This document shows, piece after piece, positions 16,306-25,469 of a stretch of 32,000 nucleotides of DNA (position 1 is the first letter of the stretch; every line of letters begins with the position of its first letter). The DNA is taken from NCBI RefSeq assembly GCF_000092105.1, contig NC_014148.1:2340001-2372000 (forward strand), given 5' to 3'. The notes beneath the pieces are model-generated. The model was given only the letters and a program-made list of their open reading frames with translations. It made no database searches and had not been told where the DNA came from. Origin of the DNA: Planctopirus limnophila DSM 3776 (GTDB lineage: Bacteria; Planctomycetota; Planctomycetia; Planctomycetales; Planctomycetaceae). A program made the position numbers and the translations under genes.

Positions 16306-18369
16306 ATGAATCTGCTGCTTCCATGGCCTCTCCAGGTTTTTCGAGCAAGTATTGCAGCCTTGGGTTTAGCCATCGTAACCAGTTTTTCTATGGTACTGGC
16401 CCAGACTGAGACGGTTGTCGTTGCAGAAAATGCTGGTGCAGCCACGCAAAAAGAGCTGGAACTGGCCGAGGAGAGAGTCTTTCGGCTCGCGACTACACTG
16501 ATTGCACCCTCGATTGTACGGATTGAAACCGTCGGTGGATTGGATGAAGTGGATGGCATTCTGGCGGTCAATGGCTCGACCACGGGCGTGATCGTGGGAA
16601 GTGACGGCTGGATTGTCACCAGTGCTTTTAATTTCATTTCGAAACCCACATCAATTCTGATCACTCTTCCCGATGGCCGGAAGTTTCCCGCCAAGCTGAC
16701 TGCCACCGATACGCTGAGGATGCTCGCCTTATTGAAAATTGATGCCAGCGAACTCCCCACACCCATCATTGCCCCACCAGAATCCGTAGAAGTCGGTGCC
16801 TGGGCTCTGGCTTTGGGGCGCTCGTTATCGCCGGATCAACCTAGTGTTTCAATTGGAGTAATCAGTGCCAAAGAGCGTGTCTGGGGAAAGGCGATTCAGA
16901 CCGATGCCAAAGTCTCTCCAGTGAACTATGGCGGCCCTCTGATCGATCTCGAAGGTCGCATGACGGGCCTGCTGGTACCTCTCTCACCTCAATCACAGAC
17001 TGTTTCCGCAGGCTTTGAGTGGTACGATTCAGGAATCGGCTTTGCCATCCCCGCAGCGGATGTGATGCAGGCCTTACCCCGGATGCAGGCTGGCGAAAAT
17101 CTGCGGCCAGGATTGATGGGTATCTCGTTCACCGGAAACGATCTTTCTGGTGATGCCCCTGTGGTGGAGAGAGTCCGCTTTCAATCACCGGCGGCGGCCG
17201 CAGGAATTCTGGTCAATGATGTGATTGTTGCGGCTGACAACATCCCTATTGCCAGGCTGGGAAATCTCAAGCATGTCCTGGGACGCAAATACGCCGGCGA
17301 CCAACTCCAGCTCAAAATCCTGCGTAAGAAGGATCCACTGGAAGTGACGATTCCGCTGGTGGCCGAGATTCCTCCATGGGATGAGGCGACGGCTGGCTTT
17401 CTGCTCAAACGAAACTCTTTATCGACTGATGCTGAATCCGAAAAAGAGAAACTCATCGTCAGAGCGGTCTTTCCGAATAGCCCGGCCATGTCAGGTGGTC
17501 TCCTGGCTGGTGACGAGATTCTCGCCATCGATGGGGAGTCTGTCGCAACTGCCGATTCACTGCGGAAACTTCTGGATCGACGCAAACCTGGAGACCAGCC
17601 TCGGTTCACCCTCCGCCGCCAGAATCAAAATGGTCAGGCCGAAGAAGTCCAGGTTTCCATCACGTTGGCAGGTCAACCATTTCCTGTCCCTGGAGAACTG
17701 CCTGCGATTACGAACGATAAGCCTCTCGCTGAAGGCGAGAATGCTCCCAAAGCCAAAGGCCGTTTTCTTGAGAAGCTGGCCGTCAATGGCCGCGAGTATT
17801 GGGGTTATGCTCCCGCGAGTGCTGCTGGCAAACAGCCGCATGGGTTGATTGTCTGGCTGCATCCCTCAGGAAACTCAATGGAGGCGGCTGTGCTCAAAAG
17901 CTTGAAGGTGGAATGTGACCGCCGCCAGATCATGCTGGTGGGCCCCAAAGCTGAGGGGAAGGGCTGGACTCCCGAAGATGTCGATTTCGTCAAAGCACTT
18001 GTGGAACATCTGCGAAGTGAATATCCCGTCGATCCCAGCCGCATTGTGGTGATGGGACAGACAGATTCCACGAAACTGGCTTCTTTTCTGGTCTTTAAGG
18101 ATCCCTCGATCTATCGTGGAGCCATTCTTGTGGGTGGGCCCACCGCAGGGCAGCCACCCGAGCGGGATCCTGCTGCTCGGCTGCACCTGAACCTTACTAT
18201 TCCCGAAGGAAGCCGTTCTGCCGATGGTCTCAAAAAGCTGGTCGAATCTCTCAAGAAGCAAAAATCAGCTGTTTCAACCATTTTTGCCTCTGGCGACGGA
18301 AGTGAATTCCCGGATGGAACCTGGGCCGAGCAAATCGGCATCTGGATTGATCAGATCGACCGTTTTTAA
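16306..18369 (+). CDS. Trypsin-fold (triad-less) / double-PDZ / alpha/beta-hydrolase-like fusion protein
   Basis: 687 aa with a signal peptide (VLA/QT). The HtrA-like core has TSAFNF, RMLALLKI and SPVNYGGPL at the His, Asp and Ser positions. Two PDZ-like segments are present (GILVNDVIVAADNIPI and GLLAGDEILAIDGESV). The C-terminal esterase-like block is HGLIVWLHPSGNS...RIVVMGQTDST. Confidence 0.85.
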   Translation: MNLLLPWPLQVFRASIAALGLAIVTSFSMVLAQTETVVVAENAGAATQKELELAEERVFRLATTLIAPSIVRIETVGGLDEVDGILAVNGSTTGVIVGSDGWIVTSAFNFISKPTSILITLPDGRKFPAKLTATDTLRMLALLKIDASELPTPIIAPPESVEVGAWALALGRSLSPDQPSVSIGVISAKERVWGKAIQTDAKVSPVNYGGPLIDLEGRMTGLLVPLSPQSQTVSAGFEWYDSGIGFAIPAADVMQALPRMQAGENLRPGLMGISFTGNDLSGDAPVVERVRFQSPAAAAGILVNDVIVAADNIPIARLGNLKHVLGRKYAGDQLQLKILRKKDPLEVTIPLVAEIPPWDEATAGFLLKRNSLSTDAESEKEKLIVRAVFPNSPAMSGGLLAGDEILAIDGESVATADSLRKLLDRRKPGDQPRFTLRRQNQNGQAEEVQVSITLAGQPFPVPGELPAITNDKPLAEGENAPKAKGRFLEKLAVNGREYWGYAPASAAGKQPHGLIVWLHPSGNSMEAAVLKSLKVECDRRQIMLVGPKAEGKGWTPEDVDFVKALVEHLRSEYPVDPSRIVVMGQTDSTKLASFLVFKDPSIYRGAILVGGPTAGQPPERDPAARLHLNLTIPEGSRSADGLKKLVESLKKQKSAVSTIFASGDGSEFPDGTWAEQIGIWIDQIDRF

Positions 18370-18513
18370 CGGACTTTAATAGAGATCACTGGCCAAGACT
18401 TCCAGGCAATCAGTCAGCGATGAGATGCAAAAATCCTGATCAGTCTGCCTCATTCGAGTAGGAATCTGTCGTATGAGGCGCCACAATAGAGAGTACGTGA
18501 TGTCATCCCGCCA

Positions 18514-20094
18514 TTGATTCAGGGTTGCTGCCGAAAGATCTGGCACCACCTTGAACCGATGCGAATTCTCTCTCGCCAGGTCAGTTCGATGTCTGCTGCA
18601 GATCCATTTAACGATCCTCTTGGGGCACGAGAAGCGGAGCTGAAGTTATCTGCTACCAATCGCGAGGCAACGGATCCGATCGAACTCACAAAATCGAATA
18701 TTGAAGAAAAAATTCTTCGTAGCCCTTTAGGCTCGGTGGCGTTGAATCGCCGCCAATTTCTCGGAAGAAGTGCTCAACAGGCTGCCACTGTGGCGGCGAC
18801 TGCGACAGGGCTGGCAGTTGCCACAAATACCGTCGCTTCTGCAACAACATCCCATTTGCCTGGCAGTCCGGCAACCGATCCTCGCACGGGTTCAACAGTA
18901 CTCGAACCAATTAGTGCCGTTCGGTCGATAGATCAACCGCTGCGAATCGGGATTATCGGGCTCAGAAATCAGGGACAGTTACTTCTCAAAGAGTTTGCCA
19001 ATCTTCCACAGGTCGAAATTGTCGCTCTTTGCGATGTCGACAGCAGGCAGTTTCGCCCTGCACAGGGTCTGCTGACTCGACTGGAGAGACCGCCAGCCAG
19101 AGAAGTCGGCCAGTGGCAGGAACTGGTGAACGATCCATCGATCGATGCCATGATCATAGCGACGCCTGATCATTGGCATTTCGCGATGGCGAGTGCAGTT
19201 CTCACTGCCAGAAAAGACCTTTATCTCGAAACACCAGTGACTCTCAGACCAGCAGATGCCAGGTTTCTCGCTGATCTGGCCACGGCCAACGGTTGTATTG
19301 TTCAGACCGGACTGATTCATCGATCCAGTACAATGTACCAATCGGCGATCAGAGCAATTCAAAGTGGTGTCCTGGGTAAAATTCCTCTGGTCCGTTCGTG
19401 GGTCACACATCAAAGGCCTGTGATCGGCCAGCGTGCTCCTGTCTCTACTCCTGCAGGTGTCGATTACCTGTCATGGCTGGGGCCGGCACCTCTGTCACAG
19501 TTTCATCCCAATCGCTTTCACCAGAACTGGCAATGGTTCTGGGATTACGGGAATGGCGAACTCGGTGCCTGGGGTGTCCCTCTTTTGGATGTGGCTTTGT
19601 GGGGCATGCAACTTGGACTTCCTCAGGAGATCCGTGCCAGTGGTGGTCGGTTGATTGCCCGGGATGATGGCGAAACTCCCGACACGTTGATGGTGGAATA
19701 CAATTATCCCCAAACGAAACTTCTCTGGGAGCACCGCAGTTGGTCTCCGCATGGATTGGAAGGCCGCAGTGCCGCCACAGCCTTTTATGGCGAAAAGGGG
19801 ACGCTGATCATCGACCGCGGTGGGTGGAAGATCTATGGCACAGGAGCCAGCCAGAGTGGTGAACCTCAACCGCTCTGGAATCCTCATCTGGCGGACTTTG
19901 TGACTTCTATCCAGCAGCGAAAAGAGCCAGCCGCGAATCTGACTGTGGCAGCCAGCAGCACAGCGCTGGCTTTATTAGGGAATGTCGCCTATCGCACCGG
20001 CGAGACGATTCATCTGTCAAGCGAACAAACGCTTAGCGAATTGCCCAGGGTTGACCGCCAGTTGCTGACACAGCAGCCGCTGATCGATCGATGA
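18514..20094 (+). CDS. Gfo/Idh/MocA family oxidoreductase with twin-arginine (Tat) signal
   Basis: Tat motif NRRQFLGRS (Arg-Arg codons 18748-18753) is followed by an Ala/Thr-rich h-region. The Rossmann start is LRIGIIGLRNQG, with DHWH and further family-typical blocks. The track start at 18514 is TTG; in-frame ATGs at 18559 and 18589 are equally plausible starts. Confidence 0.85.
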   Translation: MIQGCCRKIWHHLEPMRILSRQVSSMSAADPFNDPLGAREAELKLSATNREATDPIELTKSNIEEKILRSPLGSVALNRRQFLGRSAQQAATVAATATGLAVATNTVASATTSHLPGSPATDPRTGSTVLEPISAVRSIDQPLRIGIIGLRNQGQLLLKEFANLPQVEIVALCDVDSRQFRPAQGLLTRLERPPAREVGQWQELVNDPSIDAMIIATPDHWHFAMASAVLTARKDLYLETPVTLRPADARFLADLATANGCIVQTGLIHRSSTMYQSAIRAIQSGVLGKIPLVRSWVTHQRPVIGQRAPVSTPAGVDYLSWLGPAPLSQFHPNRFHQNWQWFWDYGNGELGAWGVPLLDVALWGMQLGLPQEIRASGGRLIARDDGETPDTLMVEYNYPQTKLLWEHRSWSPHGLEGRSAATAFYGEKGTLIIDRGGWKIYGTGASQSGEPQPLWNPHLADFVTSIQQRKEPAANLTVAASSTALALLGNVAYRTGETIHLSSEQTLSELPRVDRQLLTQQPLIDR

Positions 20095-20163
20095 ATCCTT
20101 CGGACACAGCATCATGCGTCAACATCAGGGCGACTATCACAGTCTCTAAGACTAAAGGCAACC

Positions 20164-21444
20164 TTAGAAAGCTTGCTGTCCCTGCTGGCCATCGACTCGG
20201 TTACGGGCGTTGGTATTCAGACGTTGAATGACCGATGACCCCGTATCCAGTCCATCGCGACCGCCTTCATAGAAGAATCGTGAAAGTTCGATAATGGCGG
20301 GCCCCATCAGGAAGAGATAGACCGCCGGCATCAGGCAGAGCACAGTGGGGAAGAGCAGGCGGAATGTGGCCCGATTTCCTTTTTCTTCCGCACGCTGTTT
20401 GAGACTTTCCCGCATCGTTTCAGCATATTCAGTCAGGGCACCACTGACACTTGTCCCCATACGGGAAGTCTGCATCAACAGCGACGTAAACGAGTGAACT
20501 TCCGGCACATCAACACGCTGGCTGAAGTTTTTCAGCGCGACGTCCATCGAGCCAATTCTCGACTGTTCGTTGATGATCTTCAGTTCCTGCTCCAGGGCCG
20601 GGTAGGCACCTTTCATTTCGACGCGAATGCGTTCCAGCGATGCAGGCACCGTCATCCCCTGACTGACACACATATTCAACATATCGAGAAGATCGGGCAT
20701 GGCCTTTTCGATCTCGTTGCGGCGGTCGCGAGCCTTGTTGCGAACCATCAGTCGCGGGAGCGACCAGCCCACGATCGGCATGAGAACGATGGCACCAATG
20801 ACAATCGGCTCGAATCGCGGAGGTACGAATAGCAGTAGTACGCCGCAGAAGAGCATGGGAAGAATCATTGCCAGATAACGAACAGCAGAAAAGTTCATCA
20901 CTGCCCGCGGCGAATAATAACCCGCAGCATAAAGATCCGAGCGGATGGAATCCTGGCGGCTCCCCGCTTCCGGCAAGAGCGAGGCTAGAGCGGGCGTTAA
21001 TGCGCCAAATGTCATTTCGCCTTGATTGAGTTCATCAGGCAAGTCTTCTGCGAGCACTCGAGGCAAACCCCGGCTGCGATCTCGATAAGTGCTCGATGAA
21101 TCGACAAAGAGTTTCTCATTTTCCCAGCGGGCAGGGCCACCGGTATTCGCTTTGCCCGCAGGAACATAAGCGGTCTTGAGAATACTGAGACCTTCGGTTG
21201 CTGGCGAAATGTCTTCAGTCACTGGCTTCGCGTCGAGTTGAACTGTTGACGGTGTTGTGATGGCCGCTTCTGGCGCTGCGGAATTGGCTTTCGCCAGCGA
21301 CCACTGGGACTGATCTGCTTCCGAGTTCTCTCTGACAACTTTGCTGCGGGCACTTAACCAGCGCCTGGCCAGACGGTAGAGGAGGATCAGACTGATGATC
21401 CCCATGGCCAATAACATCAAATTTGTAAAAGTTAAAGGAAACAT
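20164..21444 (-). CDS. tadC: Type II secretion system F family protein, TadC-like, with N-terminal extension
   Basis: ATG at 21444, 426 aa. The T2SSF-type domain lies in the C-terminal ~260 aa (AMPDLLDMLNMCVSQGMTVPASLERI..., terminal TM pair). It sits directly downstream of tadB/cpaF on the same strand. Confidence 0.85.
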   Translation of the reverse strand: MFPLTFTNLMLLAMGIISLILLYRLARRWLSARSKVVRENSEADQSQWSLAKANSAAPEAAITTPSTVQLDAKPVTEDISPATEGLSILKTAYVPAGKANTGGPARWENEKLFVDSSSTYRDRSRGLPRVLAEDLPDELNQGEMTFGALTPALASLLPEAGSRQDSIRSDLYAAGYYSPRAVMNFSAVRYLAMILPMLFCGVLLLFVPPRFEPIVIGAIVLMPIVGWSLPRLMVRNKARDRRNEIEKAMPDLLDMLNMCVSQGMTVPASLERIRVEMKGAYPALEQELKIINEQSRIGSMDVALKNFSQRVDVPEVHSFTSLLMQTSRMGTSVSGALTEYAETMRESLKQRAEEKGNRATFRLLFPTVLCLMPAVYLFLMGPAIIELSRFFYEGGRDGLDTGSSVIQRLNTNARNRVDGQQGQQAF

Positions 21445-21565
21445 GTCTTCTATTCCTTAGCCTGCTCAGAAAAATGCTCTCCGGCAGATTCGGTCAACTC
21501 TGAAAAACTTCGATGTAATCAATAACTGATACCGCTCAACCGCAATCGACAATCCATCAGAGTTC

Positions 21566-22423
21566 TTATGTCCGCTGGCTGTCCCGCAAAATCCTTAACA
21601 CCCAGATCGTCCCGATCATGGTCAATGTAAAGGCAATAATTGTTCCGTTACGACCCCATGAGCTTCCCATCAACTTGGAGAAGTAATCCGGGTCTCGTAG
21701 CGTAAAGAAGATGAGCACGCCTGGCGGCAATACAACCATCAGTAGAGCTGTCGCGCGGCTGGCTGCCGTCATCGCACGCAACCGTCCCAGATACTGAAGT
21801 CGATCACGGATTGTTTTCGAAAGTTGCTCGAGCACCCAGACCAGATCACCACCGGTCTGCTGGTGAACGCCGAGCGTCATACAAAACAGTCGTAAAGTCA
21901 TAAGCCCCGTACGATCCGGGAGGTCGGCGACAGCATCCCTCATCGGCATCCCCATCTGCATACGCCGCACACACAATTGCAATTCATCACCTAGAGGGGA
22001 GGGCGTATCAGCTGCCACGAGTTGCAGACACTGCTCCACACTTCGGCCCGTCGTCGCGGCACGCGCCAATTCTTCCAACATCGCTGGTAACTGGCCCAGA
22101 ATCTGGTTTTGCCGACTCGATCGAACATACATCAGGAAGAACACAGGGAGCAAAAAACCTACAACGGCCGCCAGTGCTGTCGTCAGAAAGTTTTCCTGAA
22201 GGACAAAGATAAATCCTCCCACTGTAATACCACCCAGGAGGCAGAGCATCAGCACGATCCCGGGCGAAATCCCAAGCCCGGATTGAAGCATCAACTGATC
22301 AAACCAGCGATTGAGTCGCTCACCAGAGCCACTGGCCTGTGGCTGGGCGAACTCTTCACGCGGCTTCAAAATCGATGAGAAATCGACCGGTCGATCAGCG
22401 TTTGTAATGGTTGAAGACGCCAT
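21566..22423 (-). CDS. tadB: Type II secretion system F family protein, TadB-like
   Basis: ATG at 22423, 285 aa. TM helices flank a cytoplasmic T2SSF domain (LPAMLEELARAATTGRSVEQCLQLVA). It sits between cpaF and tadC. Confidence 0.85.
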   Translation of the reverse strand: MASSTITNADRPVDFSSILKPREEFAQPQASGSGERLNRWFDQLMLQSGLGISPGIVLMLCLLGGITVGGFIFVLQENFLTTALAAVVGFLLPVFFLMYVRSSRQNQILGQLPAMLEELARAATTGRSVEQCLQLVAADTPSPLGDELQLCVRRMQMGMPMRDAVADLPDRTGLMTLRLFCMTLGVHQQTGGDLVWVLEQLSKTIRDRLQYLGRLRAMTAASRATALLMVVLPPGVLIFFTLRDPDYFSKLMGSSWGRNGTIIAFTLTMIGTIWVLRILRDSQRT

Positions 22424-22488
22424 AGAACCACAACCTTGAAATCAATGACAGCACATTTCGAGGCATATAAAAATCACTGTTACTCAGC

Positions 22489-23838
22489 TTATGCAGAGTA
22501 GGGTGCATCGTTCGTCTGACTTCCCAGTTCGCGGGCACTGAAGTTCATATGGGGAACTTCGTAGCCGCGAGCGGCCAATTTCTTGAGCATCTCTGGTTCA
22601 TGGCCTGTCGCGTAGAAAGCTCCTCGAGCGCGACCGTCACTGCCGATACCCGTCATCCGATAGACATAGATATCATTGAGTTCATAGATACCGTCATGAT
22701 ACCCGGTGAGTTCGCTGATACGCATGACTTTGCGCTCACCAGTCCCTAATCGCGTAATATGCACGAGAATCTGAATCGCGTTCGCGATGTATTGCCGGGC
22801 TACGCTGTGCGGCAGATCGACACCCGCTAAAGCGACCATCAGCTCCATACGATCCAGAGCATCGCGCGTATCGTTGGCGTGAATGGTACTCATCGAACCA
22901 TCGTGGCCAGTGTTCATAGCCTGGAGCATATCGAGCACTTCACCGCCACGAGCTTCGCCCACGATGATCCGATCAGGACGCATACGCAGGCTGTTTTTCA
23001 GGAGATCACGCTGAGTGATTTCCCCACGACCTTCAATGTTTGGCGGGCGAGTTTCGAGCGAAACGACATCTTTCTGCTGCAATTGCAGTTCCGCTGTCTG
23101 CTCGATCGTCACCACACGTTCGGTTTCCGGGATAAAACGTGAAATGTTATTGAGCATGGTGGTTTTACCTGCACCCGTACCACCACTCACCACAATGTTC
23201 AGACGCCCGCGGACGGCAGCGATCAGAAAGTCAGCCATTTCCTGTGTTAATGTGTGCATACGCACCATGTCTTCAAAGACCACAGCACGCGAACGAAACC
23301 GTCGAATTGAAACCGTAGGGCCACGCAAGGCCAGGGGAGGGATCACGGCATTCAGTCGAGAACCATCCGGAAGTTTTGCATCGACCATCGGAGAGACTTC
23401 GTCAATTCGACGACCTGTGCGCCCCACCATGCGATGGATAAACTGCATGAGATGTTCGTTGTCGGCGAACTGAATATCAGTCCGTTCGATGAGCCCGTTA
23501 CGCTCTACGAACACCGTATCAGCACCGTTGATCAGCACGTCGGTCACATCGGTATCGGACATCAGCGGTTCAATCGGCCCAAAGCCATAGATCTCATCCA
23601 TGATGGCAGTGACCATGATCTCACGGTCATCCGCTGGAATATTCGCCTGCTGCTGCTGACAAAGATGGTTTGCCAAAGCTCGTAACTGAGCGCGCAGATC
23701 AGCTTCCGGCAGATCACTGGCCTTGGAAAGGTCGATGGCATCGATCATCTGGCGGTGAATGCGGGTCTTCAGGATCTCAAATTCCTGACGACGATCTTGC
23801 ATCCGATTTCCAGAGGAGTTCTGCAGGTCAGCGATCAT
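22489..23838 (-). CDS. cpaF: CpaF/TadA family pilus-assembly secretion ATPase
   Basis: Walker A is [11 protein letters not shown], Walker B is [13 protein letters not shown] and the His box is [15 protein letters not shown] 23838 is preceded by GAGGG 7 nt upstream. The track's longer version starts at GTG 23880. Confidence 0.92.
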   Translation of the reverse strand: MIADLQNSSGNRMQDRRQEFEILKTRIHRQMIDAIDLSKASDLPEADLRAQLRALANHLCQQQQANIPADDREIMVTAIMDEIYGFGPIEPLMSDTDVTDVLINGADTVFVERNGLIERTDIQFADNEHLMQFIHRMVGRTGRRIDEVSPMVDAKLPDGSRLNAVIPPLALRGPTVSIRRFRSRAVVFEDMVRMHTLTQEMADFLIAAVRGRLNIVVSGGTGAGKTTMLNNISRFIPETERVVTIEQTAELQLQQKDVVSLETRPPNIEGRGEITQRDLLKNSLRMRPDRIIVGEARGGEVLDMLQAMNTGHDGSMSTIHANDTRDALDRMELMVALAGVDLPHSVARQYIANAIQILVHITRLGTGERKVMRISELTGYHDGIYELNDIYVYRMTGIGSDGRARGAFYATGHEPEMLKKLAARGYEVPHMNFSARELGSQTNDAPYSA

Positions 23839-23913
23839 GGAAAAACCCTCGACAATGGTCGCATTTGATACTGGATGCACATCGAAAAACTATGAGCAGC
23901 ACGAATGAGGAAC

Positions 23914-25416
23914 TCAGTTCGTGAGTCTTAACTGATACAAATACTGTGGTTGGCTGGTTTGCTGCCTGGGATCAGAAGCATCGACGAGTGCCGTACGTGT
24001 TGCCAACACAGAGGGCTGGACGATGACTTCACATCTTCCATCTTTCTCATCGATCACTTCCAGAATGCGCACAACAGCCAAAGAGACCGCCGCCACCTGC
24101 AAATCGGTCTTTACGCGAGTCGTGCTTGATTCCGACTCGTTTTTGCCATTGTTCGAATCAGATGTCCCTCCGGCATTGAACAAAATCACAATCCGGTTCT
24201 GTCCAATCAATGATGTCAATGCATCGCGTTCGGCCGTCTTCAGATCGATCAAAGAGGCTGGCATACTCAGACCGACATTTGGTGATGACGCAGAAGCATT
24301 CTGAGCCTCTGAATCTTGCTGTTCTTTCGATTCAGCCAACATCGCCTTGCGAGTGGCCTCAACGGGAAGGCGAAGTTCACCATTCCACTGGTGCAGATTT
24401 TCGCCATGCACCCCTTCAACCATCTGTGATGCCACCAGTTCCGTATTGAAGTCACTTCCCAGGTCGAGCAAGACTGCATTGGTCACGGCTGAACTGGAAG
24501 ATGTCGGCAAGCCAAAAGTCAGCTTAAGTTCCGGTAATCCATCGGCACCACGACTGATCGTTGATGTCGTCTCGTCGTAAGACCATTCATCGGGCCCACC
24601 ATTTTCCGTGATCGCCTTCTGCCATGTCTGGTCTACCGAACCAGTCCCCTCACTTCTCATGATCGCGAGCGGCAACAGCGGAGTGCTCGATCCATCCAAA
24701 GGTCTGAGTCCAACCACGGGACTCAGCAAACTGGCTTCGGCATGAGTGGAAACATCACCCCAGGGGAGTCCTGTTGCCCCCACGACAAACAGGCCCACAG
24801 GGTTTTCACGAAATCGGGTTCGTTCTCCGAACACAACCACACTTGTTGGAGATTCGTCTGTCTCGACGAATCGTGTATTTCGAGAAAAGACCACGTTGTC
24901 ACGGGATGCGGTCATTTCTGTCGGTGACAGAACTCGAGTGGAGTCGTCAGGTGATGAAACATCAACCTGTGGGGGACGATCAACATCACCTGCATCCTCA
25001 CCAGCAGGTTCAAGTTTGCCCAGCCGGATGTCTCCCTGAAATCCCTGATTCAGTTCTATTGGCTCACCTGCGACAAGATTGAGCGAGGCCACATGAGCGG
25101 CCTGGTAGCGAGCCGTTTCGAGATAAGAGAGATCGGGCTTCTCTTTGAGTAGCTCGTCGCTGGCGAGACTTCTCGCTGCAGCCAGCGCGGCAGTTTCAGC
25201 ACCGGTTTGAAGCTCGACTCGAGCCGCTTCAATCCACAAACGATCACAAATCAGTGCCAGCATCAGCATCACCACGACCAATGCCACGGCAAATGCCGGG
25301 GTCGTAAAACCCCGGCGATTGCAGCGACTGATCAGGCTGATTCGTGCAGTTCTCATTTGCGTTCGAAACTCATCCAGATAAGAAAACAGGGTCGCTCGGA
25401 CATTCTGTCGAGCCAC
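23914..25416 (-). CDS. TadG-like / TadE-G-like pilus assembly protein
   Basis: 500 aa. The N-terminal RRGFTTPAFAVALVVVMLMLAL...ELQTGAETAALAAARSL matches the putative Flp pilus-assembly TadE/G-like N-terminal pattern. The start is GTG at 25416, with an alternative ATG at 25356. The assignment is also supported by its position inside the tad operon. Confidence 0.7.
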   Translation of the reverse strand: MARQNVRATLFSYLDEFRTQMRTARISLISRCNRRGFTTPAFAVALVVVMLMLALICDRLWIEAARVELQTGAETAALAAARSLASDELLKEKPDLSYLETARYQAAHVASLNLVAGEPIELNQGFQGDIRLGKLEPAGEDAGDVDRPPQVDVSSPDDSTRVLSPTEMTASRDNVVFSRNTRFVETDESPTSVVVFGERTRFRENPVGLFVVGATGLPWGDVSTHAEASLLSPVVGLRPLDGSSTPLLPLAIMRSEGTGSVDQTWQKAITENGGPDEWSYDETTSTISRGADGLPELKLTFGLPTSSSSAVTNAVLLDLGSDFNTELVASQMVEGVHGENLHQWNGELRLPVEATRKAMLAESKEQQDSEAQNASASSPNVGLSMPASLIDLKTAERDALTSLIGQNRIVILFNAGGTSDSNNGKNESESSTTRVKTDLQVAAVSLAVVRILEVIDEKDGRCEVIVQPSVLATRTALVDASDPRQQTSQPQYLYQLRLTN

Positions 25417-25469
25417 CCTGGGTGCTCATGGCATGATGTGCATCAAGGCAGCCGGTTGTCCTCGATGAA

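Noticed and set aside
16212-16769. A 185-aa antisense ORF overlapping the start of the third protease paralogue
   Set aside because: The sense frame carries a clear signal peptide and an HtrA-like core. The antisense product is Ser/Ala/Thr-rich with no recognisable features and would break the co-directional operon.
18447-18479. An inverted repeat GCCTCAT...ATGAGGC downstream of the third protease gene, considered as a terminator
   Set aside because: It has a 7-bp stem with a 19-nt loop and no T-run, so it is too weak to call. It may simply be chance complementarity in a 145-220 bp intergenic region.
20095-20163. A search for a bidirectional intrinsic terminator between the convergent oxidoreductase and tadC genes
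   Set aside because: Only 3-4 bp complementary stretches were found (e.g. GTCT-cta-AGAC), with no GC-rich stem and no T/A runs, so nothing is supportable as a terminator.
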